Source: an uncultured delta proteobacterium (GTDB taxonomy: Bacteria > Desulfobacterota > Binatia > Binatales > Binataceae). Taken from it: 64,000 nt of DNA. The notes beneath the pieces are model-generated. The model did no database searches and was not told the origin of the DNA. It was given only the letters and a program-made list of their open reading frames with translations. Numbering within the stretch: position 1 is the stretch's first letter; every line of letters begins with the position of its first letter. This document shows, one piece after another, positions 48,967 to 59,841 of the stretch. A program made the translations under genes and the position numbers. The DNA is taken from contig CAWCDG010000004.1 of NCBI GenBank assembly GCA_963794325.1, forward strand, positions 1,216,001-1,280,000. Reading direction: 5' to 3'.

Positions 48967-49775
48967 AAATCGGCCGCTACGTCACGCTCGAAACCGTCGG
49001 CGCCGCGATGGTCGCCGTGCTGGTGATCGTCGCCGTCTTTGCGCCGATTCTCGCGCCGCACGATCCCACGATCGTCGTTGCGCCGACCTTTGGCGATCCC
49101 GGCGCGCCGTCGCGCGCATTTCCAATGGGCACCGACGAACTCGGGCGCGACGTGCTCTCGCGAATCATCTATGGCGCGCGAATTTCTCTGACCGTCGGCG
49201 TCGCCGCGATGGCCGTCACGATGACCATCGGTATCGCCATCGGGCTGTGCTCGGGCTTCTTCGGCGGCGCGGTCGATTTTGTCCTGATGCGCTTCACGGA
49301 CCTGATGCTGTCGCTGCCGCCGCTGCTGCTCGCGATGGCTCTGGTAGCGGTGCTGGGCCCGAGTCTGCGCACAATCTTCATCGTCATCGGACTCGTTTCA
49401 TGGACCTCGATCGCACGCGTGGTGCGGGCCGAAACTCTTACGATGTCGAAGCAGGATTTCGTGGTCGGCGCCGAAGCAATGGGCGCGCGGTCGCGCCGCG
49501 TGATCGCACTGCATATCCTGCCCAACGTTTTGCCGATCATCATCGTGATGGCCGCGCTGCGAACTTCCGATACGCTGCTGCTTGACGCGGCGCTCAGCTT
49601 CCTCGGGCTGGGCGTGCCGCCGCCGACGCCGAGCTGGGGCCGCATGATCGAGGAGGCGACGATTTATTTCCGCACCGCGCCGTGGCTCGCGACGTTTCCG
49701 GGTCTCGCGATTTTCTGGGCGGTGCTCAGCTTCAATCTTTTCGGCTACGGATTTCTGCGCAGGCGATCGAAATGA
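48963..49775 (+). CDS. Peptide/nickel ABC permease (DppC-like)
   Basis: GTDELGRD.LSR..YGARISL, LSFLGLG..PP.PSWG. Confidence 0.95.
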   Translation: MKIGRYVTLETVGAAMVAVLVIVAVFAPILAPHDPTIVVAPTFGDPGAPSRAFPMGTDELGRDVLSRIIYGARISLTVGVAAMAVTMTIGIAIGLCSGFFGGAVDFVLMRFTDLMLSLPPLLLAMALVAVLGPSLRTIFIVIGLVSWTSIARVVRAETLTMSKQDFVVGAEAMGARSRRVIALHILPNVLPIIIVMAALRTSDTLLLDAALSFLGLGVPPPTPSWGRMIEEATIYFRTAPWLATFPGLAIFWAVLSFNLFGYGFLRRRSK

Positions 49776-51367
49776 ACCTTCGCGAAAGAATCATGGCGGC
49801 TCTCGTAGCATTCGCGCTCGTCGGATGCGGAGGCGGCCCGCCTCCGCTCAACTTACCACCGCACGCGACGGTGCTGCGCCTCGCCGATGCGGACGACGTG
49901 CCGACGCTCGATCCGGCGGCCGGCTACGACACCGTTTCGTGGACTTTCGAGCAGGCGATTTTCGACACGCTGGTGCGCTACGGCGACGGCAATATCGAGC
50001 TGGAGCCCGATATCGCGACCACTTGGGAAAGCTCGCCCGACGCGACGACTTTCACATTTCATCTGCGCGCGGACGCGCGCTTTTCCGACGGTCGATCGGT
50101 AACCAGCGACGACTTCCGTTACGGAGTCGAACGCGTTCTGAATCCCGCCACACGCTCGCGCGGGATGGAGTACTACCGGGGCATCGCGGGCGCGGCCGAC
50201 TTCGCGGCGCATCGGAGTGCGCACGTCAGTGGAATCGAGACGCCCGACAGTTCGACGATCATTTTCCATTTGAGCGCGCCCGACCCGATTTTCGGGCACA
50301 AACTCGCGATGCCGTTTGCGTCGGCGATACCGCGGGACGTCGCCGAGAAATGGGGCGACGATTTTTCGCGCCACGTGGTCGGCAGCGGCGCTTTCATGCT
50401 GCGCGACTGGATCGGCGGGCAGCGCATCGTGCTGGTGCGCAATCCCTATTACTTCGCGAAACCGTTGCCGCATCTCGACGCGATCGTCGAGTCGGTCGGG
50501 GTCAACCAGGAGCTGCAATGGCTGCGCTTCGACGCGGGCCAAATCGACGCGGTGGTCGATATTCCGCCGGCCGAGTTTCCCTACGTCATGAAAACTCCGG
50601 CGCTGCGGGATTTGACGCTGGCGAAAACGACGGTCACGACCCGCTACCTCGGCATGAACTGCCAGATGTGGCCGTTCACCGACGTTCGCGTGCGCCGCGC
50701 GCTCAGTTACGGGATCGATCGCCACAAGCTGATCGCAATACTGAACGGACGGGGCGTCGTTGCGCGAGGAGTGATGCCGCCGAACCTGCCCGGCTACGAT
50801 CCTAATCTCAAGGGTTACGATTACGACCCGGCGAAGGCGCGCGCGCTGCTCGAAGAAGCGCATCTCGGGCACGGCTTCGACATTGAAATATGGATGCGGG
50901 CCGACCAGACCGTTTTGATGCTCGCGCAATCGATACAGCAGGATCTCGCGCCGCTCGGCATCCACGCGAAGCTGAAGCCGGTCGCGTGGGGGCCGTTCCT
51001 CGAAGCGATTCGCCAGCCGAAGACGGTGCAGGTTTTCATGCAAGGATGGGAGGCGGATTTTCCCGATCCCGAAAATTTTCTCGGCGCGCTGCTCTCGCGC
51101 GCGCAGTGGGGTGCGAACAACGACAGTTTCTATTCGAATCCCGATGTCGAACAGCTACTAACTGAGGCCGAGCCGATCGCCGACATGAAAGAGCGCTACG
51201 CGCTGTACGATCGCGCCGAGAAAATCGTAGTTGCTGACGCGCCGTGGGTTTTCCTCTACTACCCGGTCACCTACATAATTCGACAGCCGTGGGTGCACGA
51301 CTACGTAATCAATCCGATGCGGCCGACGCGCTTCGAGCGCGTGTGGCTTTCGACGCATCCGCAGTAG
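49772..51367 (+). CDS. ABC substrate-binding lipoprotein (family 5)
   Basis: Lipobox LVGC, LDPA, F.DG..VT.DD, PF.D.RVR.A, W.AD.PDP. Confidence 0.93.
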   Translation: MNLRERIMAALVAFALVGCGGGPPPLNLPPHATVLRLADADDVPTLDPAAGYDTVSWTFEQAIFDTLVRYGDGNIELEPDIATTWESSPDATTFTFHLRADARFSDGRSVTSDDFRYGVERVLNPATRSRGMEYYRGIAGAADFAAHRSAHVSGIETPDSSTIIFHLSAPDPIFGHKLAMPFASAIPRDVAEKWGDDFSRHVVGSGAFMLRDWIGGQRIVLVRNPYYFAKPLPHLDAIVESVGVNQELQWLRFDAGQIDAVVDIPPAEFPYVMKTPALRDLTLAKTTVTTRYLGMNCQMWPFTDVRVRRALSYGIDRHKLIAILNGRGVVARGVMPPNLPGYDPNLKGYDYDPAKARALLEEAHLGHGFDIEIWMRADQTVLMLAQSIQQDLAPLGIHAKLKPVAWGPFLEAIRQPKTVQVFMQGWEADFPDPENFLGALLSRAQWGANNDSFYSNPDVEQLLTEAEPIADMKERYALYDRAEKIVVADAPWVFLYYPVTYIIRQPWVHDYVINPMRPTRFERVWLSTHPQ

Positions 51368-51445
51368 AGGAGCGACAACTGCGCGCGATATATAATGAGG
51401 GCGGGCACACTGGGCCGCCCCACTGATCCGAATGAGGAGCCAACC

Positions 51446-52537
51446 ATGATTACGCAGGGAGACGACTATCCGATTCATCAGACGCCGGAGCCGGTGCAGC
51501 AGGTCTTCACTAGCGACCGCAACTTTTACGATCGATTTTTTTTCAACGGATATTTCAGAGAGGGCGAGCCGTACTTCGCCGTCGCGATGGGAATTTATCC
51601 GAACGTCGGAATTATCGATTGCGCGTTCAGCGTTGTCGCGGGCGGCGTGCAACATTGCGTGCGCGCGTCGCGTGTGCTGGGCGCGGAGCGGATGGACACG
51701 CGAGCCGGCCCAATCTCAATTGAGATAGTGCGGCCAATGCGATCGATGCGTCTTCGCGTCAATCATGAAACGATAAAGGCAGACCTGATGTTCGAGGCCC
51801 GCGCCGATGCGATCGAGGAGCCGCGCTTTTCGCGGCGCGCCGGTCCGCGGCTGGTCATGGATCTGACGCGGTTCACGCAGCACGGCGGCTACAGCGGCAG
51901 TCTGACCGTTGCGGGCAAGACTTACGACGCGAAGCCATCGCGAGTGTGGGGTTCGCGCGATCGATCGTGGGGTGTGCGCGGAATTGGTCCGCAAGATCCC
52001 GCGGGAGTGCCGTCAGCCCCGATGGGGCAGTTCTACTGGCTGTGGTCGCCGACCAATTTCGAGGACGTCTGCACGCATTGCGACGCGATGGAAAATGCTG
52101 ACGGATCGCGATGGCATCAGTTCGGCGCCGTCACTCAAGCAGAGTTGGGTGCGCCGCTCGACCTCGCAACTGGCGTCGATTTCAACATCAACTATGCCTC
52201 TGGAACGCGCCACGCGAAGACCGCCGAGATAATTTTGCGCAGCCCGCGCGCCGGCGAGAGTCGCGTCGAGTTGAAAACGCTCTACAACTTTTACATGCAG
52301 GGCATCGGCTATTTTCATCCGAAGTGGGGCCACGGAATGTACGTCGGGCCCGATGCGTCGACCTACGAGTCATTCAAGACCGCCGAGGTCAACGAGCGCG
52401 ACATGATGCATCAGCACATCCAGGCGGTGTGTCAGGCGAAAATGGGATCGCGCGAAGGGATGGGAATTCTCGAGATGGCGATCCTCGGGCCGCATGAGCG
52501 CAGCGGCTTCAAGGAATTCCTCGACATGCACAAATAG
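51446..52537 (+). CDS. Conserved hypothetical (lipocalin/tocopherol-cyclase-like)
   Basis: DDYPIHQ, NFYDR.FFNG, RDRSWG.R. Confidence 0.7.
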   Translation: MITQGDDYPIHQTPEPVQQVFTSDRNFYDRFFFNGYFREGEPYFAVAMGIYPNVGIIDCAFSVVAGGVQHCVRASRVLGAERMDTRAGPISIEIVRPMRSMRLRVNHETIKADLMFEARADAIEEPRFSRRAGPRLVMDLTRFTQHGGYSGSLTVAGKTYDAKPSRVWGSRDRSWGVRGIGPQDPAGVPSAPMGQFYWLWSPTNFEDVCTHCDAMENADGSRWHQFGAVTQAELGAPLDLATGVDFNINYASGTRHAKTAEIILRSPRAGESRVELKTLYNFYMQGIGYFHPKWGHGMYVGPDASTYESFKTAEVNERDMMHQHIQAVCQAKMGSREGMGILEMAILGPHERSGFKEFLDMHK

Positions 52538-52548
52538 CGGATCGAAAC

Positions 52549-52851
52549 TCAGTTTCTGAGCTTGTCGAGAATGCGGCTGACGAAACCTTCCGGCTTCTTT
52601 ATTTCGACGGGCACGGGCTCGCGGCCTTCCTTAAGCGCCGCGAAAATCTCCTCGACCTCGCCCTCGACCGGGAATCGGCCGACGCTCGATTTCGAGAAGA
52701 CCAGCTTCCCGTTCACCAGCACGTCGAACTGCCCCGACTTGCCGGGCGTGATTTTGGCATTCTCGCCGAAGCTGGAATCCAGTGATGCGGCCAGACTGGC
52801 CGCGCGCGGTTTATAGCCTCAAGCAGAGCAGTAGAGAATTTCTGTCGCCAT
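52549..52851 (-). CDS. SelT/SelW/SelH (Rdx) family selenoprotein, Sec at 52819-52821 (absent from the ORF track)
   Basis: MATEILYCSA-U-GYKPRA...GKSGQFDV.VNG.LVFSK...GRFP (100 aa); CxxU motif. Confidence 0.9.
52787..52803 (-). promoter_or_regulatory. Putative SECIS element
   Basis: GCGGCCA-GTC-TGGCCGC hairpin 15 nt 3' of the UGA. Confidence 0.7.
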
Positions 52852-52887
52852 AGTTACAGCCTACGCGCCCATCGTGCGCTGTACAAA

Positions 52888-53451
52888 CTACTTGCCGTTG
52901 GGAATATCGACGAACACCGCGGCGGCTACCACTGAGGACCACAGGCCGTCGCGATCGCCAATCGCGGACTGCGTCACGTTGCGGGTCGTCACGATCTTGT
53001 CCGACATGCGCCATAGATCTTTGCGCTCGTCGTAGCTGAGATTCGGATCGAAATCGACGCCGAGAATCGTCGCGAGCATCATCGCCGCCAGGTCCTCTGC
53101 GTAGTCGCCGGCCTTCTGATCGGTCTCGCCGGTGCTGTGATGCTCGGACAGGTATCCGTATTGCGTCGGATTGCTGGGGAGCGCGACGCCGACCGACGAC
53201 GCGATGAGCCGATGCGGTTCGTTGGTCGCGTTGTCGCTCATCACGGCAAAGACAATTTGTCCCGGGGTGAGGTACTTCAGGCCTTCCTGCTGACTGAGCA
53301 GTTTGCAATTCGGCGGAAAGATCGATTTGACGCGCACGAGATTGAACTCGGCGATTCCAGCGGAGCGCAACGCGAGCTCAAACGAAGTCAGCTTCTCGCG
53401 ATGGCGCCCGACACCTTTAGTCAGAAACGTCCCCTTCGGGATCGGCCCCAT
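52888..53451 (-). CDS. Pyruvoyl-dependent arginine decarboxylase family
   Basis: L.SFE.ALR.AGI..FNLV.V.SI.PP, GY.SEH, A.DLAA.M, A.AVF. Confidence 0.88.
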   Translation of the reverse strand: MGPIPKGTFLTKGVGRHREKLTSFELALRSAGIAEFNLVRVKSIFPPNCKLLSQQEGLKYLTPGQIVFAVMSDNATNEPHRLIASSVGVALPSNPTQYGYLSEHHSTGETDQKAGDYAEDLAAMMLATILGVDFDPNLSYDERKDLWRMSDKIVTTRNVTQSAIGDRDGLWSSVVAAAVFVDIPNGK

Positions 53452-53507
53452 TTGTTTCGTCTCCTCTCCGATGCCGTTTTCTTTTATACGAATCTGGCCG
53501 CCGAACG

Positions 53508-55181
53508 CTACACGGTATTCACCGGCGAATACTCGCCGAATACTTTGCGCATCGCGTCCGAGATTTCCCCGAGCGTGCACCATCCGCGGACCGCGTCGAC
53601 AATCGGCGGCATCAGATTGTTGCCGTCACGCGCCGCCGCCTCGACTCGCGCGAGCGCCTTGGTTGCCGCCTCTGCGTTTCGTTCCGCCCGCACGCGCGCC
53701 ACGCCGGCCTTCTGTTTGGCCTCGAGCTCCGGCTTGACCCGCAGAATTTCCCCGGGCGGTTCGCCGCCCCCGGTAAACTGATTGACCCCTACGATAATTC
53801 GCTGCTTGGTTTCAATCTCGCGCTGGTAAATAAATGCGGCGTTCTGAATTTCGCGCTGCATGTAACCGCGCTCGATCGCGGCGACCGCGCCGCCGAAGTC
53901 GTCGATTTTAGAAAGGTACTCGACCGCCTTTTTTTCGAGCTCGGTGGTCAGCCGCTCGACGTAGTACGAGCCGCCGAGCGGATCGATCGTGTCGCCAACG
54001 TCCGACTCGTGCGCGATAAGTTGCTGGGTACGGAGCGCGAGCAGCACTGAGGACTCGGTCGGCAGCGCGAGGGCCTCATCCTTGGAGTTGGTATGCAGCG
54101 ATTGCGCACCGCCCAACACCGCGGCCAGCGCCTGCATCGTCACGCGCACGACGTTGTTGTCCACCTGCTGTGCGGTGAGGGTCGAGCCGGCGGTTTGCGC
54201 ATGAAAACGCATCATCATCGAGCGTTCGTCTTTCGCTCCGAAGCGATCCTTCATTATTTTCGCCCACAGCCGCCGCGCCGCGCGGAACTTCGCCACTTCC
54301 TCGAAGAAATTGTTGTGCACGTTGAAGAAGAACGACAGGCGGCTGGCGAACGCGTCGATTTGCAGCCCAACTTTCAGCGCGGCATCGACGTAAGCGATCC
54401 CATCGGCGATCGTGAATGCGAGTTCCTGCGCCGCGGTCGAGCCGGCCTCGCGGATGTGGTAGCCGGAAATCGAAATCGTATTCCAGTTCGGAACTTCCTT
54501 TGTCGCGAAACTGAAAATGTCGGTGATGATCCGCATCGAGCCGCGCGGCGGATAGATGTAAGTCCCGCGCGCGACGTACTCCTTCAGGACGTCGTTCTGA
54601 ATCGTGCCGTTAACCTTGCTCCAGCTGACGCCACGGCGCTCCGCCACTACGAGGTACAGCGCGAGCAGGATCGATGCGGTCGCGTTGATCGTCATCGAGG
54701 TCGAAATTTTGTCGAGCGGAAGCTCGGCGAGCAACGTGTCCATGTCGGCGAGCGAGCAAATCGGCACGCCGACGCGTCCGACTTCGCCTTCGGCCAGCGG
54801 ATGGTCCGAGTCGCGGCCCATCTGCGTCGGCAAATCGAAAGCCACCGACAATCCCGTTTGCCCCTGATCGAACAGGTAGCGATAGCGGCGATTCGATTCC
54901 TCTGCGCTGCCGAATCCCGCGTACTGGCGCATCGTCCACAGCCGTCCGCGATACATGGTCGGCTGCACGCCGCGGGTGAACGGATACTCGCCGGGAAAAC
55001 CGAGGTCGTTCACGAAATCCAGGTCGGTCAAGTCTTCAGGATCGTAAGCGCGCTTGACGTCGATTCCGGAGCTCGTGACGAATTTCGGCTTGCGCTCGGG
55101 CCCGCGCTTAAGCGAGGGATTGAGTTTGCGGTCCTCCCAGTCTTTGCGCGCGTCAGCGATTTTGCGATCGTCTTCAGGCAT
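53508..55181 (-). CDS. Methylmalonyl-CoA mutase, large (substrate-binding) subunit
   Basis: [15 protein letters not shown] (Tyr = MCM type), [16 protein letters not shown]; no B12-binding domain. Confidence 0.95.
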   Translation of the reverse strand: MPEDDRKIADARKDWEDRKLNPSLKRGPERKPKFVTSSGIDVKRAYDPEDLTDLDFVNDLGFPGEYPFTRGVQPTMYRGRLWTMRQYAGFGSAEESNRRYRYLFDQGQTGLSVAFDLPTQMGRDSDHPLAEGEVGRVGVPICSLADMDTLLAELPLDKISTSMTINATASILLALYLVVAERRGVSWSKVNGTIQNDVLKEYVARGTYIYPPRGSMRIITDIFSFATKEVPNWNTISISGYHIREAGSTAAQELAFTIADGIAYVDAALKVGLQIDAFASRLSFFFNVHNNFFEEVAKFRAARRLWAKIMKDRFGAKDERSMMMRFHAQTAGSTLTAQQVDNNVVRVTMQALAAVLGGAQSLHTNSKDEALALPTESSVLLALRTQQLIAHESDVGDTIDPLGGSYYVERLTTELEKKAVEYLSKIDDFGGAVAAIERGYMQREIQNAAFIYQREIETKQRIIVGVNQFTGGGEPPGEILRVKPELEAKQKAGVARVRAERNAEAATKALARVEAAARDGNNLMPPIVDAVRGWCTLGEISDAMRKVFGEYSPVNTV

Positions 55182-55191
55182 TTTTATTGTT

Positions 55192-55695
55192 CTACTCGAT
55201 AACGATCATAAGTTGGCCCTTCTCGACCGCCTGCCCCGCGACCACCTTGACATCCACGACCTTGCCGGCCTTGGGCGATTTGACTTCGTTTTCCATCTTC
55301 ATCGCTTCGACCACGATAATTCCCTGGTCAGCTTTGACTTCGTCTCCGGGCGCGACCAGCACGTTGACGACTCGTCCCGGCATCGCGGATTTTATTTCAA
55401 CGCGGCCGCTGACTTCGCGCCGCTTGCCGGCCGCTCGGCGGCTCCGCCGCGCCGCATCGGCAACCGTCATCCGGGTCGATCCGCTTCGCGAGGCGACCAC
55501 GGTTTCGTCGCCGTCGCGCGCCACGTCGAAATCAAAGCAACGATTATCGACGATCACCGAAAACGAGACCGGACCGACTCTGCGCAAATCGGCTTCGAAA
55601 CTATTGTCGCCGAAACGAATCGCGAATGAGTCCACGGCGAGCTCTTCGATCTCGATTTCGTGATCCTGTCCGTCAATCGTCGCGACGTATCGCAT
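55192..55695 (-). CDS. Biotin carboxyl carrier protein
   Basis: [14 protein letters not shown]. Confidence 0.93.
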   Translation of the reverse strand: MRYVATIDGQDHEIEIEELAVDSFAIRFGDNSFEADLRRVGPVSFSVIVDNRCFDFDVARDGDETVVASRSGSTRMTVADAARRSRRAAGKRREVSGRVEIKSAMPGRVVNVLVAPGDEVKADQGIIVVEAMKMENEVKSPKAGKVVDVKVVAGQAVEKGQLMIVIE

Positions 55696-55709
55696 CTGTA
55701 AGTGTCCGG

Positions 55710-57224
55710 CTATCTCCGCAGCATGTCGAGCCGTCCGAGCATCCGCCACGCGGATGCGCTCGGCGCGGTTACCGGCTGCGCGCCGGCGCTGTTGCTGTGA
55801 TTGGCGTTCTTCTGCGCCGCGATCGCCGCGAGGAAAATCGCTGCCAGCTCGGCCCCGCGCGGCGCCGCGCCGTTCTGATTCGGATGGTACTCCTGGTTAA
55901 TAAAATTCGTATCGAAGTCGCCCTTCAGAAACTTCGGATGGGTCATGATCCAGCGATGGAAGTCCAGGTTCGTGCGAAGCTCTCCCGAGATAACGAATTC
56001 GCCGAGCGCACGACGCATCCGATCGATCGCCTGATCGCGATCCGCGCCCCACACCGCGAGCTTCGAGATCATCGGGTCGTAAAATACCGGCACTTCGGCG
56101 CCCGCGTAGACGCCCGCATCGTTGCGCACGCCCGGCCCGTCGGGAAATCTGAGCGTCTCGATCTTCCCAGGCGCCGGAACGAATCCGGCCATTGGATCTT
56201 CCGCATAGATTCGGCACTCGATCGCCCATCCGCGCTGCGCGAGATCCTTTTGCTTGAACGGAAGCTTCGCGCCGGCGGCAATTTCGATCTGCGCGCGGAC
56301 CAAATCGATGCCCGTGACCAGCTCGGTCACCGGATGCTCGACCTGGATACGGGTATTCATCTCGAGGAAATAAAAATTGCGATCGGCGTCGACCAGGAAC
56401 TCGATCGTGCCGGCACTGACGTAGTTCACGGCTTTGGCCGCGCGGACCGCGACCTCGCCCATCTCGGCGCGCATCTTCGCCGTGATAAACGGCGACGGCG
56501 ACTCCTCGACGACCTTCTGATTGCGCCGTTGAATCGAGCATTCGCGCTCGAATAGATGGACGGTGTTGCCGTGCGAGTCGGCCAGCACCTGCACCTCGAT
56601 ATGGCGCGGCTGCTTGAGAAATTTCTCGACGTAAAAGCGCCCGTCGCCGAATGACGACTTGGCCTCGCTGGTAACCGTGCGCACCACAGACGCGAGATCT
56701 TTGCCGTTCTCGACGAAGCGCAGTCCCTTGCCGCCGCCGCCGGCGGCCGCTTTCACCATGATCGGATATCCGATTTTTTTCGCGATTGCGGCTACTTCAG
56801 CTTCGGTCTCGAGCGTTCCCGGCGAGCCCGGCACGACGGGCACTCCGGCCTTGGACATCAGTTTGCGCGCGGCGACTTTGTCGCCCATCTGCTCGATCGC
56901 ATCGGGCGGCGGGCCGATCCAGGTGAGGCCGGCCTTCTGCACCGCGCGCGCGAATGCGGCGCGCTCCGAGAAAAATCCGTAACCGGGATGAACCGCGTCA
57001 GCCTTCAGCCGCTTGGCGGCTTCAAGAATTTTTTCGGTATTGAGGTAGCTCTCGGCCGCCGGCGCCGGACCGACCGGGTAGGCATGATCGGCTTCGCGCA
57101 CGTGCAGCGCGGCGCGATCGGCGTCCGAGTAAACGGCGATCGACTCGATTCCCAACTCGCGGCATGCACGGATGATCCGCACTGCAATCTCGCCGCGATT
57201 GGCGATTAGAATTCGCTTGAACAT
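55710..57224 (-). CDS. accC: Acyl-CoA carboxylase biotin carboxylase subunit
   Basis: ANRGEIA, HPGYGF, ERECSIQRR, EMNTRIQVEHPVTE. Confidence 0.95.
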   Translation of the reverse strand: MFKRILIANRGEIAVRIIRACRELGIESIAVYSDADRAALHVREADHAYPVGPAPAAESYLNTEKILEAAKRLKADAVHPGYGFFSERAAFARAVQKAGLTWIGPPPDAIEQMGDKVAARKLMSKAGVPVVPGSPGTLETEAEVAAIAKKIGYPIMVKAAAGGGGKGLRFVENGKDLASVVRTVTSEAKSSFGDGRFYVEKFLKQPRHIEVQVLADSHGNTVHLFERECSIQRRNQKVVEESPSPFITAKMRAEMGEVAVRAAKAVNYVSAGTIEFLVDADRNFYFLEMNTRIQVEHPVTELVTGIDLVRAQIEIAAGAKLPFKQKDLAQRGWAIECRIYAEDPMAGFVPAPGKIETLRFPDGPGVRNDAGVYAGAEVPVFYDPMISKLAVWGADRDQAIDRMRRALGEFVISGELRTNLDFHRWIMTHPKFLKGDFDTNFINQEYHPNQNGAAPRGAELAAIFLAAIAAQKNANHSNSAGAQPVTAPSASAWRMLGRLDMLRR

Positions 57225-57275
57225 CAGGCTTCCATTTCTTCCCAAATTTTATACTGAATCCGGCGCGCGCGAGCT

Positions 57276-57490
57276 AACTCACGCAAAGAAATAATCGCCT
57301 GCGCGGCGGGCGGCAGGGGTGACCCCTGCACCCAGTGAGAAGCGCGAAATGTTGAGGACAACCTTTCGCTCTCAGGGTCGGGGGGAGGACGGCGAGCGTA
57401 AAGGTGTGATGTTCGGCTTTCATCCATCCGGGGCGCGCAGCGCACTGATCAACTAACCCCTTTTTTCGGCCCACGCGGGAAGGGGAACAA
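57276..57490. repeat. Structured intergenic element with a degenerate TAACCCC..GGGAAGGGGAAC repeat
   Basis: GCAGGGGTGACCCCTGCAC hairpin (cf. GCAGGGCTAAGCCCTGCAC at ~40687) and a repeat copy at 57453-57490. Confidence 0.45.
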
Positions 57491-57520
57491 GAAAGAAGGG
57501 ACCATCCGCGAACTTTCACC

Positions 57521-59071
57521 TCAGAGTGGGATGTTGCCGTGCTTGCGCGGGGGATTCTTTTCGCGCTTGTTGGCGAGCGCCTTCAGCGCGCTAATCAGTT
57601 TGGGGCGCGTGTCGCGCGGCATGATCACTTCATCTATATAGCCAAGCTCGGCTGCCTTGAACGGATTCGCGAAAGTCTTGCGGTAGTCCTCGGCCAGGCG
57701 CGCCCGCTCCGCTACGGCGTCTTTGGCCTTGGCGAGTTCGTTGCGAAAGACAATATTGATCGCCTGCTCAGGTCCCATCACGGCGATTTCGGCGCTGGGA
57801 TACGCAAAATTGAAATCGCCGCGAATATGCTTCGACGACATGACGTCGTAGGCGCCGCCATAGGCCTTGCGCGTGATCACCGTCACCTTCGGCACGGTGG
57901 CCTCGCAGAACGCGTAGAGCAGCTTCGCGCCATGGCGGATAATTCCAAGGAACTCCTGCTGAGTACCGGGTAGGAATCCGGGGACATCCACGAAGGTGAC
58001 GAGTGGAATGTTGAACGCATCGCAGAAGCGCACGAAGCGCGCAGCTTTCACCGACGCGTCGATATCGAGCGCGCCCGCCAGGAACGACGGTTGATTCGCG
58101 ACGATACCAACCGAGTAGCCGCCGATTCGCGCGAACCCGATCAACATGTTCTGCGCGTAGTCCTTCTGCACTTCCAGCAAATGGCCCTCATCGATCACGC
58201 GCCGGATAATCTCGCCCATGTCGTAAGGCTTGTTGGGATTTTCGGGAACGATTGAATCGAGCGAGGCATCGACTCGGGCGGGATCATCATTGCTCGCGAC
58301 GAACGGCGGATCTTCGACGTTATTCGACGGCATGTAGGAGATCAGTTCGCGGATCATGGCGAGCGCGCCGGCGTCGTCGTCGGCCTCGAGATGGCACACG
58401 CCCGACTTCTGGCTGTGGGTGTCGGCGCCGCCCAGCTCCTGCATCGTAACCTCTTCGTGGGTGGTGGCCCTGATCACATCAGGGCCGGTGAGGAACATGT
58501 ACGAGGTATCGCGGACCATCACGATAAAGTCGGTGATCGCCGGCGAATAGACCGCGCCGCCCGCGCACGGTCCCATGATTGCGGAAATCTGCGGGATGAC
58601 TCCCGACGACATCACGTTGCGCTGGAAAATATCCGCATAGCCGGCCAGCGATACGACGCCTTCCTGGATTCGCGCGCCGCTGCCGTCGTTGAGGCCAATC
58701 ACCGGGCATCCGGTTTTGGTGGCGAGGTCCATCACCTTGCAGACCTTCTCCGCGAATGCGCCGGACAGGCTGCCGCCGAAGACCGTGAAATCGTGGCTGA
58801 AGATGCATACCTGGCGCCCGTCGATCGTGCCGTAGCCGGTGACGACGCCGTCGCCCGGGATTTTTTTCTCGGCCATGTCGAAGTCGGTGATTCGATGGGT
58901 CTTGAACTTATCCATCTCGACGAACGATCCGGGATCGAGCAGAAACTCGACGCGCTCGCGAGCGGTCATGCGTCCCTGGGCGCGCTGCTTCTTGACGCGA
59001 TCACTGCCGCCGGCCGCTTCCGCGTCGCGGGTGAGCTGCTGAAGTCGTTCGAGATTTTCTTTAAGGCCCAT
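57521..59071 (-). CDS. pccB: Propionyl/acyl-CoA carboxylase carboxyltransferase subunit
   Basis: [38 protein letters not shown]. Confidence 0.95.
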   Translation of the reverse strand: MGLKENLERLQQLTRDAEAAGGSDRVKKQRAQGRMTARERVEFLLDPGSFVEMDKFKTHRITDFDMAEKKIPGDGVVTGYGTIDGRQVCIFSHDFTVFGGSLSGAFAEKVCKVMDLATKTGCPVIGLNDGSGARIQEGVVSLAGYADIFQRNVMSSGVIPQISAIMGPCAGGAVYSPAITDFIVMVRDTSYMFLTGPDVIRATTHEEVTMQELGGADTHSQKSGVCHLEADDDAGALAMIRELISYMPSNNVEDPPFVASNDDPARVDASLDSIVPENPNKPYDMGEIIRRVIDEGHLLEVQKDYAQNMLIGFARIGGYSVGIVANQPSFLAGALDIDASVKAARFVRFCDAFNIPLVTFVDVPGFLPGTQQEFLGIIRHGAKLLYAFCEATVPKVTVITRKAYGGAYDVMSSKHIRGDFNFAYPSAEIAVMGPEQAINIVFRNELAKAKDAVAERARLAEDYRKTFANPFKAAELGYIDEVIMPRDTRPKLISALKALANKREKNPPRKHGNIPL

Positions 59072-59199
59072 TTGTCACGACCACGATAAAGCTGGATAGA
59101 CGGCAAACAAAAAGGCGCCCGTCACGCGCCACGGCAAGATAGATACCGTATGTGGGCGGATGGTTAAAGCGCCCGCCGCTAGCCACTACTACGAATTCG

Positions 59200-59786
59200 C
59201 TAAGGGCGGAGCGACGAGATTCGGTTCTGGGCCGACCGTCGCGCTAGAAACACCAGATACTTAAAGGGGCGGGCTTCGAAAAGACTACCACCCTTCATTT
59301 CCAGCTCAACCTTGCGAGCAGCTTTGCTAAGATCGCGATAGATGGCGTCAAGTTCCGCTAGGTTTGGATCGTCAATTTTTCGACTCAGAGCGTTCGTCAG
59401 TCCTCGAAGAACACCGTGCGCTGTACCGTCGTGGACGTGCGGATCGGTCCCGTTGAGATCGCTCAGCGATTTTTGGAGTCGGTGGGCTCTAGATTCGAAC
59501 ACAAACCATTCGTGTTTAGGGTTGGCACCGAGTGCCCAATCGACCGCCAAGCCCAGCTCAAAGGGCATATTGAACCTGGGCGTTGCGGGCGAATTGCGAT
59601 CGGTCTGGACTCTCGATAAATCGTGAAACGAATATCGGCACTTTCGGATCAGTTTCACAATTCGGTCGAGCCTGCGGTCGCTGGTTGGAATTTCGAGAGT
59701 TGCCCTAGGCACGAGGCCAAAGCCGCACAGGCCAGCAATGAAGGCGAGGTATAGCGGCTCGTAGCCTTGGTCGTACGGGAGGTTTC
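59200..59786 (-). CDS. NDT/TIR-like fold hypothetical protein, 5' end disrupted near 59787
   Basis: NLPYD..Y, RL.RI..LI..C.YS.HDLSR, RFNMPFELG.A, SDL.G.D; homology-like text extends upstream of the GTG to an in-frame TGA. Confidence 0.65.
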
Positions 59787-59841
59787 AAAAACGCGGAGGG
59801 TTGCGTCGTGGTTCAACTCCCCTTTTTGGAATTCGGGTTGC

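Noticed and set aside
59787-59789. In-frame TGA as a third selenocysteine
   Set aside because: No Cys-type motif, no upstream start in frame and no clear SECIS; the position looks hydrophobic (F-x-N-x-P-Y-D). More likely an indel or nonsense change.
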